DNA of 64,000 nt from a virus. Of the stretch, positions 1-10,160 are shown piece by piece. The notes beneath the pieces are model-generated. The model worked only from the letters and a program-made list of their open reading frames with translations. It had not been told where the DNA came from and made no database searches. The stretch covers positions 74,366 to 138,365 of IMG/VR virus record IMGVR_UViG_3300023184_004167; one strand, given 5' to 3'. Every line of letters starts with the position of its first letter. Positions within the stretch are counted from its first letter, which is position 1. Position numbers and translations under genes: made by a program.

Positions 1-1004
1 AAATTCATTGGTAAATCTACAAGCCAAGAACCATCAGTTTCAATTACATCATTTCCACCATCAAAATTATATTGTTCTAATATTGGTCTACCATTTGTAT
101 CTTGAAATATTGTTTGTCTAATACATAATATTTGACCAGGCCCTGCAACCAAACTACACATATTACCCATTTCTGTTGGCGGTTTACAAAAAACCTTCAT
201 TGGTTTGGTATCTACCGAAGAAACAACTGAGCCCATAAAAACCGCAGTTGGCTGAATGTCAATATTTGCATCATCCCTTAAATCAAAATCAACCCGATTT
301 ATTGCAATTTGACATATATTTGGGTCTCCCCATAATGGAGAAATATCTATGGATTTACTTAAGGAAACTATTTGTGGTAATGAATTTAAATCACTTGAAC
401 TTTTAAATTGAGGCCCAGAAACTTGTTTTTCTGTTGCTCTACCCATTCTTATTAAATCTTGTGGAGATAAAGAAAACTCACCTATGTCAGATAAATCCAA
501 ATCCATAAAAACAAGATGAACCCCTAATGGAACTCCCATTATCATATAATCACCACTATCATTTGTTTTTACAGTAAATTTGTAATACTTGTCATATATC
601 TCAATTGCTGTGGAATCTATTGTAGCATCTAATCTTGATGGGAATGTTCCTGTTGGAACGTGATTTGTGTATGATTTTTCATAAGGTAATAAATTGTACC
701 TATATCCATCCTCATTCCTTATTTCAGGACTTGTATATGGATATATTGCAGTAATATTTGGATTAAACTTATCTGTATCTGATATTGGTATAAAAATAGA
801 AAGTTTCGCGTTTGGAATACCAAATCCATTGTTTGCGGTTATTCTTCCAATAACAACCCCATATTCAGAACAAGACTTTGTATATATCTCTTCTTGTTGT
901 ATTTTTAAAGATAAGATTTCAATAAAATTAAAATCTTGCTCTAATTCAATGTTAATTGTTTTATTAATTCCAATCTCTGTCCTTATTCTTTGTGAAGTTC
1001 CCAT
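1..1004 (-). CDS. Large virion structural protein, N-terminal part (truncated by window edge; not in ORF track)
   Basis: ATG at 1004, frame open to position 1 (MGTSQRIRTEIGINKTINIELEQDFNFIEILSLKI...YGVVIGRITANNGFGIPNAKLSIFIP...KFTVKTNDSGDYMIMGVPLG...); TATTTAT motif upstream at 1019-1025; follows the baseplate wedge gene. Confidence 0.75.
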   Translation of the reverse strand, partial: MGTSQRIRTEIGINKTINIELEQDFNFIEILSLKIQQEEIYTKSCSEYGVVIGRITANNGFGIPNAKLSIFIPISDTDKFNPNITAIYPYTSPEIRNEDGYRYNLLPYEKSYTNHVPTGTFPSRLDATIDSTAIEIYDKYYKFTVKTNDSGDYMIMGVPLGVHLVFMDLDLSDIGEFSLSPQDLIRMGRATEKQVSGPQFKSSSDLNSLPQIVSLSKSIDISPLWGDPNICQIAINRVDFDLRDDANIDIQPTAVFMGSVVSSVDTKPMKVFCKPPTEMGNMCSLVAGPGQILCIRQTIFQDTNGRPILEQYNFDGGNDVIETDGSWLVDLPMN

Positions 1005-1091
1005 TAATCCTTTATTGAATAAATAGTTTAGGGCGAATTTTTCCTAACCCACCAAATTAAAAATAAGCGTAGAATTGAATAAATAAATCAG

Positions 1092-2930
1092 TTATGAAAA
1101 TGTAACAGATTGGAAATTCTTAACAGACACTTTAATATCCTTACCAGGATATCTTATTTGATACACTTGAACAGGTTCTGCAAACAATGTATCATCAACA
1201 GGTTGTATTTGTTTTGTCTCTGGGTCTGAGTATTGCATTGATGTTTGAGATGAAGAATATTGTCCTCCAACATTATTAAATACATCTATTCCTGTGACAG
1301 TAATTACACCATTTTGATTTTGTATTGTACTTTTTAATTCTGAAAGATATACATTTTGTCCAAGTTGTCTGTTTAACGGGTCAAAATAATTTGAAACATT
1401 ATTTATAATATCTGATATAATTTGTCCTGAATTTTGTGTCGCTTGTAGTACAACAGAAACATTAATAGATAAATCAATAACTTGAGCAGTCATTACAGAT
1501 ATATAATCATTCATCATTCTATAGTTTGATAAATAATTTGCGATATTTTGTTTTAATGTGTTAGATACAATACTTGTTAACTTTCCTGATGTATCATAAG
1601 ACAATATTTGAATATCAATTTTATTATTATTTTCGGTTATTGCTACTTTGGCTGGTGCCCCGAATTGAGCTGGCATATTTCTTAATAATGCCTCATAATC
1701 TTGAATGGTAACCGCTCTTTTTTGTGCTGCGAAATTAAATGAAACAAAGTTTCTAACTTCTTCAGTTGTTGGTGCGTTTGAACCACCAATTGCTGCCGTT
1801 ACATTATTACATCTTAAAGATGCAACCACAGACGTATTTGTTGTCTCTGATGGGCCATTAACAAAAAATGACACAGTACCTATTTGATTAATGACATTAA
1901 CACCCAAGTTTGTCGCTAATCCACCACCAACTCTATATTGAATAAACAATGTTGAGTTAGGTGTCAAAGTTGAACCCAATGAAAAGTTATTAAAATAATT
2001 TTGTAAATCTAATGTTGAGCCAATTGTTGTAAACTGATTCAAAGCATCTTGAGAAGATTTTGAACCTCCACCAAAAACCATCTTCTTGAACCCTTCTGGC
2101 GTAAATTCTGACATAAATCTAGTTCCTGTCTGAAGATATGTACCAACTTTAATTCCAGGTTGGTCAGATACTTTAGTTGGGTCTTCAACAAAAATTCTAT
2201 CTTCCGCCAATGCATCAACTTCATACCATCTATTCGCCAAACCTAAAAATTCAGCACTTGTAGGAACATTTGTAAAATCTGTTCCGTTTTTAAGTAAAAC
2301 ACTTGTTATACCAAGTACATTTTTTTCAGGTAAAAAAAGTTCAAAGAAAGGTCTCACATCATTTGGTGTAATAACTTTTTTAAAAATTTTTGTAATACCA
2401 TTAACAACAAGTTCTCTCTTTGTTATTGTATAATTAATTAAAACACCATTTGTATTAAAATTAGGTATTTTTAATCTATTAAGAGCCCCTTGAGAATTAT
2501 ATGGTGATGCAAAATCAATGTCATATGCATTTTCAAAAACTTGTCCCACCCCATTAACTTGTGAACCTCTTAATAAAGTACCCAAATATCTTTCATCTTC
2601 TTTATCACCATAAGCTGGTACTGTAACTGAAAAATCAACAAGTGAAACTGATGGACGTAATCCCGGAATCTTTAATCCGTATGTTCTGGCAATGTTATAT
2701 ATTGAAGACCTTTGTTGTGCGTATTGTAATACGGTTTCTTGGATACTTCTATCAATATGATAATGTAAGTTATCCGCAACAGCGGCATTTAAATCTAAAA
2801 AAACTGAAAATACAGATGCATCATTAAAATCCTGAATTAAATCAGGGTAATATGTTCTAACATAATTAAGAAGTTCTAATCTAATCCCTTCATAATCTCT
2901 TACCGTATAAGATATTTTTCCGTTTGCCAT
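1092..2930 (-). CDS. Baseplate wedge subunit (T4 gp6 / baseplate J-like)
   Basis: N-terminal ISYTVRDYEGIRLELLNYVRTYYP; YRVGGG...N motif; AIGGSNAPTTEEVR and QKRAVTIQDYE motifs; adjacent to gp25-like gene. Confidence 0.9.
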   Translation of the reverse strand: MANGKISYTVRDYEGIRLELLNYVRTYYPDLIQDFNDASVFSVFLDLNAAVADNLHYHIDRSIQETVLQYAQQRSSIYNIARTYGLKIPGLRPSVSLVDFSVTVPAYGDKEDERYLGTLLRGSQVNGVGQVFENAYDIDFASPYNSQGALNRLKIPNFNTNGVLINYTITKRELVVNGITKIFKKVITPNDVRPFFELFLPEKNVLGITSVLLKNGTDFTNVPTSAEFLGLANRWYEVDALAEDRIFVEDPTKVSDQPGIKVGTYLQTGTRFMSEFTPEGFKKMVFGGGSKSSQDALNQFTTIGSTLDLQNYFNNFSLGSTLTPNSTLFIQYRVGGGLATNLGVNVINQIGTVSFFVNGPSETTNTSVVASLRCNNVTAAIGGSNAPTTEEVRNFVSFNFAAQKRAVTIQDYEALLRNMPAQFGAPAKVAITENNNKIDIQILSYDTSGKLTSIVSNTLKQNIANYLSNYRMMNDYISVMTAQVIDLSINVSVVLQATQNSGQIISDIINNVSNYFDPLNRQLGQNVYLSELKSTIQNQNGVITVTGIDVFNNVGGQYSSSQTSMQYSDPETKQIQPVDDTLFAEPVQVYQIRYPGKDIKVSVKNFQSVTFS

Positions 2931-2936
2931 TTAATA

Positions 2937-3404
2937 TTAAATATTAATAATTACAAAATCACTCTGAGCAAAAGTTGCACTATCCGTAGAGTAATCAATT
3001 TTAATTTTAGCAGTATAGTCTGCGGTTCCTTTACCTGGAACACGAAAGATATATGGAACATCATCGCTAATCGCATTACTTGGAACTGAAGGAGATTCAT
3101 CTTCTATACTTGCAGGTTCAATAGTAATGTTATTAACAAGTAAATTTGGCATAAAATTGTTAATCGCGTCCCTAATATCAGACTCAATCGCATTAAATGT
3201 TAACCCATCAAAAGGTTCAAAGATAAATTCATAAAGTCTTGTTCCAAAAGTTGGTAAATAATATCTAGAACCTTTCCTTGTTAATAACAAATGAATTAAA
3301 TCAGCTCTAATCTCATCTTTTTGATATTGAGTTAATTGTAAATAATCACCTGTTCTAGAATCTCTGAACGGAAAATTTATACCATATGTAATTCCATCTG
3401 CCAT
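2937..3404 (-). CDS. Baseplate wedge protein, gp25/GPW family
   Basis: GINFPF start and LLLTRKGSRYYLPTFGTRLYEFIFEP gp25 signature. Confidence 0.9.
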   Translation of the reverse strand: MADGITYGINFPFRDSRTGDYLQLTQYQKDEIRADLIHLLLTRKGSRYYLPTFGTRLYEFIFEPFDGLTFNAIESDIRDAINNFMPNLLVNNITIEPASIEDESPSVPSNAISDDVPYIFRVPGKGTADYTAKIKIDYSTDSATFAQSDFVIINI

Positions 3405-3424
3405 ATGTAATAAATATACTTACA

Positions 3425-3616
3425 TTATTTTTTTATTAAAGTAGTATTTCTTTTTTGTCCTTTTGGTTCATAAGGACAATGTCTACAATTATTTCCACAA
3501 CAATATCCTCTATCAATATGATATTGTTCTGTAAAGACTAATCTTGTCCCATCCATATAATAATGAGAAGGGAGAAGTTTATTATACTTCTCCCCTTCTT
3601 TATTTAATTCTTCCAT
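3425..3616 (-). CDS. Small Cys-rich protein (DUF5522-like)
   Basis: YYMDG.RLVFTEQYHIDRGYCCGNNCRHCPY motif. Confidence 0.7.
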   Translation of the reverse strand: MEELNKEGEKYNKLLPSHYYMDGTRLVFTEQYHIDRGYCCGNNCRHCPYEPKGQKRNTTLIKK

Positions 3617-3619
3617 AAA

Positions 3620-5473
3620 TTATACTATTTCACATAATCCTCCACCACAGGCAACAGAGTCATTTAATACTGTATCATCATCCATTTCAATAATTTTAGA
3701 TAAATCAACATCTTTTAATGTTTCCATTAATTTTTCATATTCATCTTTACTACAATCAGTGAAAGGTGCTTGAATATAACTACCTCCATCATAGTTTAAA
3801 ACAGATAATCCATTATAATGAATTTGATTTTGCCACATCCATTCACCTACTGCCGGCCATTCGTGTTCTCTAATTGAGATGGTTGCTGACACATTATGTG
3901 AATTACTTCCACTTCTATGTCCAGGCTTAATCCATTCCATATGAACTTTTTTAACCCTTTCCAATAATTGGATTGGTGATTCATTTCTTAAGATTGAACC
4001 TTCTGGTGCTTTTTGTGGAATACCTATTATTGCTGTGTCGTGTGGTCTAAAATAATCATCTTCAATAAGTTCAGGATGATTATTTTTTAAATGTGTATAA
4101 ATAGCTTCATTCTTTCCAACTCTAACTCTTCTGATATAATAATCATTATGCCAAGCATGAATACCTGATGATGTTCCAAGTGTTAATGACGTTGTTCCCG
4201 CAGGTTTAACGGTTGTTGTTCTTGCCGCTTTATTAATTCCTAACAAATTTGCAACTCTTTCATTCTCTTCTTTAACAACTTTAGCAGCGGCTTTCATATC
4301 TAAACCTAGTACTGCACCTGAACCAATTCCTGTCATTGAAATACCAATTAAGGCATCTTTTTCAGTTGTTCTTTGCCATATTGGCCTTAAATAATGAAAA
4401 TTTGTATATCCCGCTTGAAGTGTTCCAACAAATGTCGCAGCTTTAACTCTTGATTCATAATCTTCTTGATTAATAACATTTGATACATTTATTTCCGTTA
4501 GATTACAAAATTGGAACGGACGAAGTGCAATTTCACAACAAGGATTTGTTCCCCAATCTTTATCATTTGTTAAATAAATTCCAGGTTCACCAGCACCACT
4601 TGCCTCAATTCTTTTCCACAACTCCATAAAATATTCTTTTGTAAGTTTGTGTCTTAATAAAGCTGCTGAGTTGTTTGCTCTTCCTCTTTGTGGATTTGTT
4701 TCCCACCAAGCACCTGTCTTACAACTAATCATTTCATCATCTGTTGCTGAGAACAAGGAAATAAGTGCCGCTCTACGAATTCCTCCTGCAAGGACAGCGT
4801 CAGCAATATGACAAACCATATCGTGAACTTCAATTGGTCTTAATTTATCACCATCTTGTTTAGAATCTAATATACCCTCAAGTTTAATTATACACTCTTT
4901 AAGTGGTTGAGGGCCTGGCGCCTTCCCACCTGATGTTACCAGTCTTGCCCCTTTTGGTCTGATATCTGAATAATCAAATTCAATCTTTGAACCTCCGAAG
5001 AAGTATGACTTAACTAATGTTTTAACAGCGTCTGCCCATCCTTCAATTGAATCCGCAACCAACCATCTTCTACTTCTTTCATTTGGTTTTCTAATTTCAG
5101 GTAATTCTTCTACGTGATGTTTTTGAACTGAATATCCTACACCTGTTCCACCTAATAATAAGAACATAATTTCTGAGAATACTCTCCAATCATCAACAGG
5201 AGCGTATGCGCAGTTATAAATTCTATTTGGTGAAATTTCAATTGGTTTTCCTGCAAATTGCATTGAACGCATTGATGGTAATACTTGTTTATTATAGACA
5301 AACTGATAGTTGTCTCTTATTTCTTGTTCTAGATGGGGATATGATTTAATGTGCATCTCCATATTTCTTGTTACTAGTTCGTACCAAGTTTCTCTTCTCT
5401 TTAAATCGGGGACATACTTCGCGTATTTCATATATACGGTGATTTCGCTAAGTATTCTGTTTGAAATTTCCAT
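3620..5473 (-). CDS. nrdJ: Class II (adenosylcobalamin-dependent) ribonucleotide reductase, monomeric RTPR type
   Basis: LPSMRSMQFAG, NCAY, GGIRRAALISL, active-site NPCCEI, TTVKPAGT, C-terminal CGGGLC redox pair; no R2 gene nearby. Confidence 0.92.
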   Translation of the reverse strand: MEISNRILSEITVYMKYAKYVPDLKRRETWYELVTRNMEMHIKSYPHLEQEIRDNYQFVYNKQVLPSMRSMQFAGKPIEISPNRIYNCAYAPVDDWRVFSEIMFLLLGGTGVGYSVQKHHVEELPEIRKPNERSRRWLVADSIEGWADAVKTLVKSYFFGGSKIEFDYSDIRPKGARLVTSGGKAPGPQPLKECIIKLEGILDSKQDGDKLRPIEVHDMVCHIADAVLAGGIRRAALISLFSATDDEMISCKTGAWWETNPQRGRANNSAALLRHKLTKEYFMELWKRIEASGAGEPGIYLTNDKDWGTNPCCEIALRPFQFCNLTEINVSNVINQEDYESRVKAATFVGTLQAGYTNFHYLRPIWQRTTEKDALIGISMTGIGSGAVLGLDMKAAAKVVKEENERVANLLGINKAARTTTVKPAGTTSLTLGTSSGIHAWHNDYYIRRVRVGKNEAIYTHLKNNHPELIEDDYFRPHDTAIIGIPQKAPEGSILRNESPIQLLERVKKVHMEWIKPGHRSGSNSHNVSATISIREHEWPAVGEWMWQNQIHYNGLSVLNYDGGSYIQAPFTDCSKDEYEKLMETLKDVDLSKIIEMDDDTVLNDSVACGGGLCEIV

Positions 5474-5527
5474 TTTTAGTGTTTTTTGTTTTTATAAAAA
5501 ATTCGGTGATTTTTATTATAAATATAA

Positions 5528-5546
5528 GGTTGCTATTAAAGCAACC
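5528..5546 (-). terminator. Hairpin / probable terminator after helicase
   Basis: GGTTGCT-5nt-AGCAACC inverted repeat with T-rich tail on the minus strand. Confidence 0.45.
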
Positions 5547-5601
5547 CATATTTTAGATAAAAAATAATAAGTTTTTTCAGGAAAAAGTAGATATTTAATG
5601 T

Positions 5602-6984
5602 CTAATTAATTTGTCCACCCTGCTCTCTTTGTTTCCTTTTGTCTAAGAGTTCTTTAACTCTATCTTTCTTTCTTTCCTCTTGTTGTCCTTCAAATCCTAA
5701 GAAAGTTACAGATGATTCTGTGTCTATTTCAAGTAATTCATTATTGAATTTACAATTCTCAAATATAACCCCATCTTTACCCAATCTTGACTTTGTTATT
5801 GCAATTGTTGCCAAGTTCATTTCCTTCTGTTGTAAACTTTTTGCTATTGATATGATTACGTGTCCAACTTGTGCTTTCTTTATTGAACCACCCATTTGGT
5901 CTGTCGTAACAACTTCAGATGAGATTGAACTTCTATTACCTTGTGTTGCAGTCCATCCAACTAAATTAAGTTCGTGACACATCGCCTCAAATCCTCTCAT
6001 AACTGAGCCTTCAGCTTTCCACTCATCTTTACTTGTTGATTCAGGTGTTACACAATCAATATAATCTAACATAACTAAATCAATCTTATTACCATCGGCA
6101 ATCATTTTCCTAACCATATTCTTAATTTGAGACATAGTATATGTGTCAGATGCAAGTTTTTGTAAAACTAATTTGTTAGACATTGAGTTTTTAATTTCCT
6201 CAACTTTAGACATAACAGTTTCTCTGTGTAGATTAAGATTGTCTGGTTCAATTCCCGTCCAAAGGGTAAAGTGTTTTCTTTGAACAATTTTTGGATTGTC
6301 CTCAAAAAAGACTTGAAGAACATTATAACCAAGATTAAATGCTGTGTTTGCGATTTTGGTTAAGATAGTTGTCTTACCAACCCCCGTGGGAGCTAATATA
6401 ACACCTATCTCACCCTTCGCCAGTCCGCCCTTAAGTAATTTATCAATTCCTGGAATACCCATTGGTATTGGGTGTCTATAGTCATCATTTAACACATCCT
6501 CTAAACCTGAGAAGATATCAGTGATTCCTGTTTGGTGTTCACCAACTTGTAAAGCCTCCCTTACCAATCCCTCAACTTTATCATAAGATTCAAAATCTCC
6601 GTCTGTAATGATTTTTTGGGCCTTTTCCATTGCCTTCTGTAATTCTTGTTGTTTACAGAATTTCAACGCTTTTTCTTGAACAAACATGCTTCCTTCAAAC
6701 GGAGCATCTTTTACTTGCTTTAAGGTATCCAAAACAATCTTTAAAACTAATTCTTGAGTAATCTCTGACTTGATTAGTTGTTCCAAAGTATCAAAAGATG
6801 GTGTTGATTCATACTTTTTATAATACTCTTTGGTTAACTGGATTATGATTTTGAAATATTTATTATCAAAATAATTTGAGTCAAGAACATCCATTATTGT
6901 GGTTGAAAATGGTTTGTCAATAACAAGTTGATTTATCAACTGTATCTGAAATGTGTTCCCTAAATAATCAAAATTTTTCTTCAT
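5602..6984 (-). CDS. Replicative DNA helicase, DnaB / T4 gp41-like
   Basis: Walker A APTGVGKT, Walker B LDYID, WTATQGNR, KSRLG. Confidence 0.93.
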   Translation of the reverse strand: MKKNFDYLGNTFQIQLINQLVIDKPFSTTIMDVLDSNYFDNKYFKIIIQLTKEYYKKYESTPSFDTLEQLIKSEITQELVLKIVLDTLKQVKDAPFEGSMFVQEKALKFCKQQELQKAMEKAQKIITDGDFESYDKVEGLVREALQVGEHQTGITDIFSGLEDVLNDDYRHPIPMGIPGIDKLLKGGLAKGEIGVILAPTGVGKTTILTKIANTAFNLGYNVLQVFFEDNPKIVQRKHFTLWTGIEPDNLNLHRETVMSKVEEIKNSMSNKLVLQKLASDTYTMSQIKNMVRKMIADGNKIDLVMLDYIDCVTPESTSKDEWKAEGSVMRGFEAMCHELNLVGWTATQGNRSSISSEVVTTDQMGGSIKKAQVGHVIISIAKSLQQKEMNLATIAITKSRLGKDGVIFENCKFNNELLEIDTESSVTFLGFEGQQEERKKDRVKELLDKRKQREQGGQIN

Positions 6985-7017
6985 AATGTATGTTTCCCCT
7001 TTATTGATAAATATCTT

Positions 7018-7467
7018 TTAAGCCAACTGATAATCCAAATATTCATAAGATAATCTATTATCTGAAAAGATGTCAGTCAATCCTCTCAAGATTTCTTTTA
7101 AAAACGGTCTTACGTCAACCGTATAACGAACTTTCGGTGGAAACATTTTTCCGTTAAAAATTCTATGACAAATTGTCTGTTCTCCTAACTTCACATAGAG
7201 GTTAAAATTCTCAGCGTCTTCGGTGTAAGAAGTACTCATAACCGCAGGGTCGTGAGATATTGCATCTTTGTTATCCATCATATAGATAACCGTCTTCATT
7301 TTCAAGTCATAGGTTAAACTATCCTTGATGCTCTTCATAAACTCGTAGAGTTCATATGAGTTTTTTGCTTTGGGATTAAAACCCCTCACATTAAAGAATC
7401 TCTGAACAATGATGTTATCATTCAATGTCAAAAGAAACTCCATCTTTGTGCTGTCTTGCTCTTTCAT
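7018..7467 (-). CDS. Hypothetical phage protein
   Basis: 149-aa ORF tightly packed between exonuclease and helicase. Confidence 0.7.
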   Translation of the reverse strand: MKEQDSTKMEFLLTLNDNIIVQRFFNVRGFNPKAKNSYELYEFMKSIKDSLTYDLKMKTVIYMMDNKDAISHDPAVMSTSYTEDAENFNLYVKLGEQTICHRIFNGKMFPPKVRYTVDVRPFLKEILRGLTDIFSDNRLSYEYLDYQLA

Positions 7468-7470
7468 ATT

Positions 7471-8475
7471 TTAGTTTTTGTTGATTATTCTTTTTTCTTT
7501 CCTTGTTAATTTCAGAAATGGTTTCAGGAAGTTAACCCAAGCATTGTCGTCTTTCGGCAAATACTTGAACAATCCGTCATCCATCATCATTTTCATTAGA
7601 TTTTTATATCCCCTATCAGTGGGGTCAATTGTATCTCTATACATCTGTTCCACAAGTTCTTTTCCTTCGTCAGTTATTAATGGGTTAGATAAGTCTACAA
7701 TCTTAAGGTTTGTATTATAAAACTCTTCTCCAAGTATAGACAATTTTGATTTGCCTGTCAAAATATTTTCAATAACTTTTGGAACTTTCTTTTCTTGTCC
7801 GATAAGTCTCGCATTATCCAGTATTTCGGCAATAGTACAAGATTTAGTTTGCATTTGGGGGAATAATTTAACCAAGGTTTTTTCACCAAGTCCCTCAATA
7901 CCTGAAATATTATCTGATTTGTCTCCTGTGAATACTTTACAAAGTAATACATTTTCGTGGGGTATATCAACTTTATTGATAGATATTTTATCACCCAATT
8001 TATAATATTCTTTTTTAATTGGTGAATATATCTGAACTTTTTCTGATATAAGTTGGGTTAAATCTTTATCAGATGATAAAATAATAATCTCTTCATTTAT
8101 CGCTATTTTACAATAATGAGCTATGACATCATCTGCTTCGGTTTTATCAACCTCAACTTGTCTGACAAACACTTCCTCCAAATATTGTTTAACCCTCTGT
8201 TTTTGGGTTAAATATGACTCGTAGGACTCTTCATCCATTCCTTTCCTTCTGTTCGCTTTGTAATTTGGATATAATTGTTTTCTTACGGATGAATTTGAGT
8301 CTCCATCCCAACATATAATAACTTTATCGCTATTATGTTCCTCAAGGAATCTACGAAGTGTATTAATGAAGTGATATATCGCACCAATGTTATTACCATC
8401 ATAGTGCATTCCCTTAACCCCTGTATATCCTATTTTGTATAAATTTTCTCCGTCTACGAGTAAAGTTTTACTCAC
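7471..8475 (-). CDS. 5'-3' exonuclease / flap endonuclease (T4 RNase H-like)
   Basis: LLVDGEN, RKQLYPNYKANR, EADDVIA, SSDKDLTQL, GDKSDNISGIEGLGEKT helix-hairpin. Confidence 0.93.
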   Translation of the reverse strand: MSKTLLVDGENLYKIGYTGVKGMHYDGNNIGAIYHFINTLRRFLEEHNSDKVIICWDGDSNSSVRKQLYPNYKANRRKGMDEESYESYLTQKQRVKQYLEEVFVRQVEVDKTEADDVIAHYCKIAINEEIIILSSDKDLTQLISEKVQIYSPIKKEYYKLGDKISINKVDIPHENVLLCKVFTGDKSDNISGIEGLGEKTLVKLFPQMQTKSCTIAEILDNARLIGQEKKVPKVIENILTGKSKLSILGEEFYNTNLKIVDLSNPLITDEGKELVEQMYRDTIDPTDRGYKNLMKMMMDDGLFKYLPKDDNAWVNFLKPFLKLTRKEKRIINKN

Positions 8476-8516
8476 TTTGTATTATTGATTGGTGATAAAA
8501 TATTGTTCCTTAGTTA

Positions 8517-8545
8517 AGTATAGTTGTAATGGGGTTATAAGTCAA
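8517..8545 (-). promoter_or_regulatory. Sigma70-type promoter for exonuclease/helicase genes
   Basis: Minus strand TTGACT-N17-TATACT directly after a terminator. Confidence 0.7.
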
Positions 8546-8574
8546 ATAAAAAACCCCTCTTTTAGGGAGGGGTT
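8546..8574 (-). terminator. Rho-independent terminator after beta-barrel gene
   Basis: AACCCCTC/GAGGGGTT stem followed by T-run on the minus strand. Confidence 0.8.
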
Positions 8575-8593
8575 AATCAAATCTTTTAAAATC

Positions 8594-9064
8594 TTACAAG
8601 ATATACGACACACATAATGATAAATTGTTGTTTGAGTTATCAAACTGATACCAATTTATGTATTGCATATTTACAGAAAAATGTCCTTTCTCTGTTCCTA
8701 CATAAGAAGTCCACATTATTCTTCTAGACACGGGAGATTCTTTATTAAAGTAAGCAACACCAGAACTAGCACCAATATAACTTGTGTTGCTAATAAAACA
8801 TCTTGCACCTAACAATATCGGCACATTAGTGAAACTAACGTCTGTATCAGTTTTAAACCTAAGATATCCTGTGTTTAGTGTTAATTTAACATTTTTTGAG
8901 TATTTGTAATTAACCTCAAAAAGAGATGAACCAACATCAACCTTTGTAGTTTGATAAACATTTACCGGAATTGGTGTAACGATACCGACTTTGTAATTAA
9001 AATTCTTTTGGGCGTAACTATTAAGAGTAACAAACGCCAACAATAACAATAACATTTTTTTCAT
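8594..9064 (-). CDS. Small outer-membrane beta-barrel protein with Sec signal peptide
   Basis: MKKMLLLLLAFVTLNSYA|Q signal; amphipathic strands with aromatic residues (LNTGYLRF, VPILLGARCF, YIGASSGVAYF); C-terminal LSLCVSYIL beta-signal-like end. Confidence 0.75.
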   Translation of the reverse strand: MKKMLLLLLAFVTLNSYAQKNFNYKVGIVTPIPVNVYQTTKVDVGSSLFEVNYKYSKNVKLTLNTGYLRFKTDTDVSFTNVPILLGARCFISNTSYIGASSGVAYFNKESPVSRRIMWTSYVGTEKGHFSVNMQYINWYQFDNSNNNLSLCVSYIL

Positions 9065-9104
9065 AATTTATATATTTTTTTTAATAAATATCCAAGTTTT
9101 TAAT

Positions 9105-10100
9105 TTATTCGGTTATTTCTACTTCTTCTGTTTCATCCAGTTTGATTTCACCATCACCGGATAATATTGCGTTCCAATATTGAGAATAATCTTTTTTATA
9201 TTTTTCCAAATCTTCTTTGGTATCTTGAATATACCCATTATGAACTGCAATTATCTTACCGTCCTTATAACCAAGTCCGTTTACATGGTTTTTAAGAATA
9301 GAAACTTTAGTTCTGATTGCATAAGATACTGTTCTACCATTCTTAGTTGCTGTAATATGATTAATACCCGCATTCTTTTGATTACCAAATAAGAATACTA
9401 AAGATGATGCCAACCATAATGCTTCACCACCCTTTGCTTTGATTGTTGGTTGTCCAAATGGATTGTCAGGTAATTCAACCCAAGGCTGATTAACAACAAC
9501 CATTGAATTATAATAAGGGTAATCTTCTTTTTTTGATTTTGATATTCTTGAATGAATCCCCATACCAATCTTATCCGCCAATGCCGATGCGTTATGCATC
9601 TTTCCACCCTTACCTTCAAATGTCATTTTACAAGGAATACTTCCCACACTATCCCATAAGAATAATAAGTTATATGGTACTTCACCCTTTTCTTGAGCAT
9701 CTAATATTTGATTAATAAAATCTGTTGCCTGCTCAATATAATCAAAGGAATCATTAAAGATAAAATCACCATCCCATTCTCCATCCGCATTTTTGGTTGC
9801 TTGCAAACCTAACTCAACAGCATGGTCCCAACTCCATTTTTTTTCTGTTATGATAAATACAGGTAGGTGTCCCTTCTTTTGAGCATCCGCCGCAGCCAAT
9901 ATCATTGCAGTTGTCTTACTACTATTACTATGTCCCAAAAACATACTAATACCCCCCATTACAGGGCCTGGTATTCCACATCCATTAAAGAACGCTTCAC
10001 CACAATTATAATAGTCTGTTTCTTTATATTTTGTTTTGGTTGAGAACTTGTCTTTTATTCCCCCCATTCCTCCATTGTCTTTTTTCTTAATTCCTGCCAT
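9105..10100 (-). CDS. RecA/UvsX-like recombinase
   Basis: Variant Walker A GHSNSSKTT, FIITE catalytic Glu, Walker B LFLWDSVGS, VVVNQ, KGGEAL, KNHV. Confidence 0.85.
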   Translation of the reverse strand: MAGIKKKDNGGMGGIKDKFSTKTKYKETDYYNCGEAFFNGCGIPGPVMGGISMFLGHSNSSKTTAMILAAADAQKKGHLPVFIITEKKWSWDHAVELGLQATKNADGEWDGDFIFNDSFDYIEQATDFINQILDAQEKGEVPYNLLFLWDSVGSIPCKMTFEGKGGKMHNASALADKIGMGIHSRISKSKKEDYPYYNSMVVVNQPWVELPDNPFGQPTIKAKGGEALWLASSLVFLFGNQKNAGINHITATKNGRTVSYAIRTKVSILKNHVNGLGYKDGKIIAVHNGYIQDTKEDLEKYKKDYSQYWNAILSGDGEIKLDETEEVEITE

Positions 10101-10113
10101 AAGTTTGTATATT

Positions 10114-10145
10114 AAAAAGGGTGGGGTAATTTTGTCCCCACCCTT
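10114..10145 (-). terminator. Rho-independent terminator after SSB
   Basis: AAGGGTGGGG/CCCCACCCTT 10-bp stem plus T-run. Confidence 0.85.
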
Positions 10146-10160
10146 ATCAGTTTAATTTAT

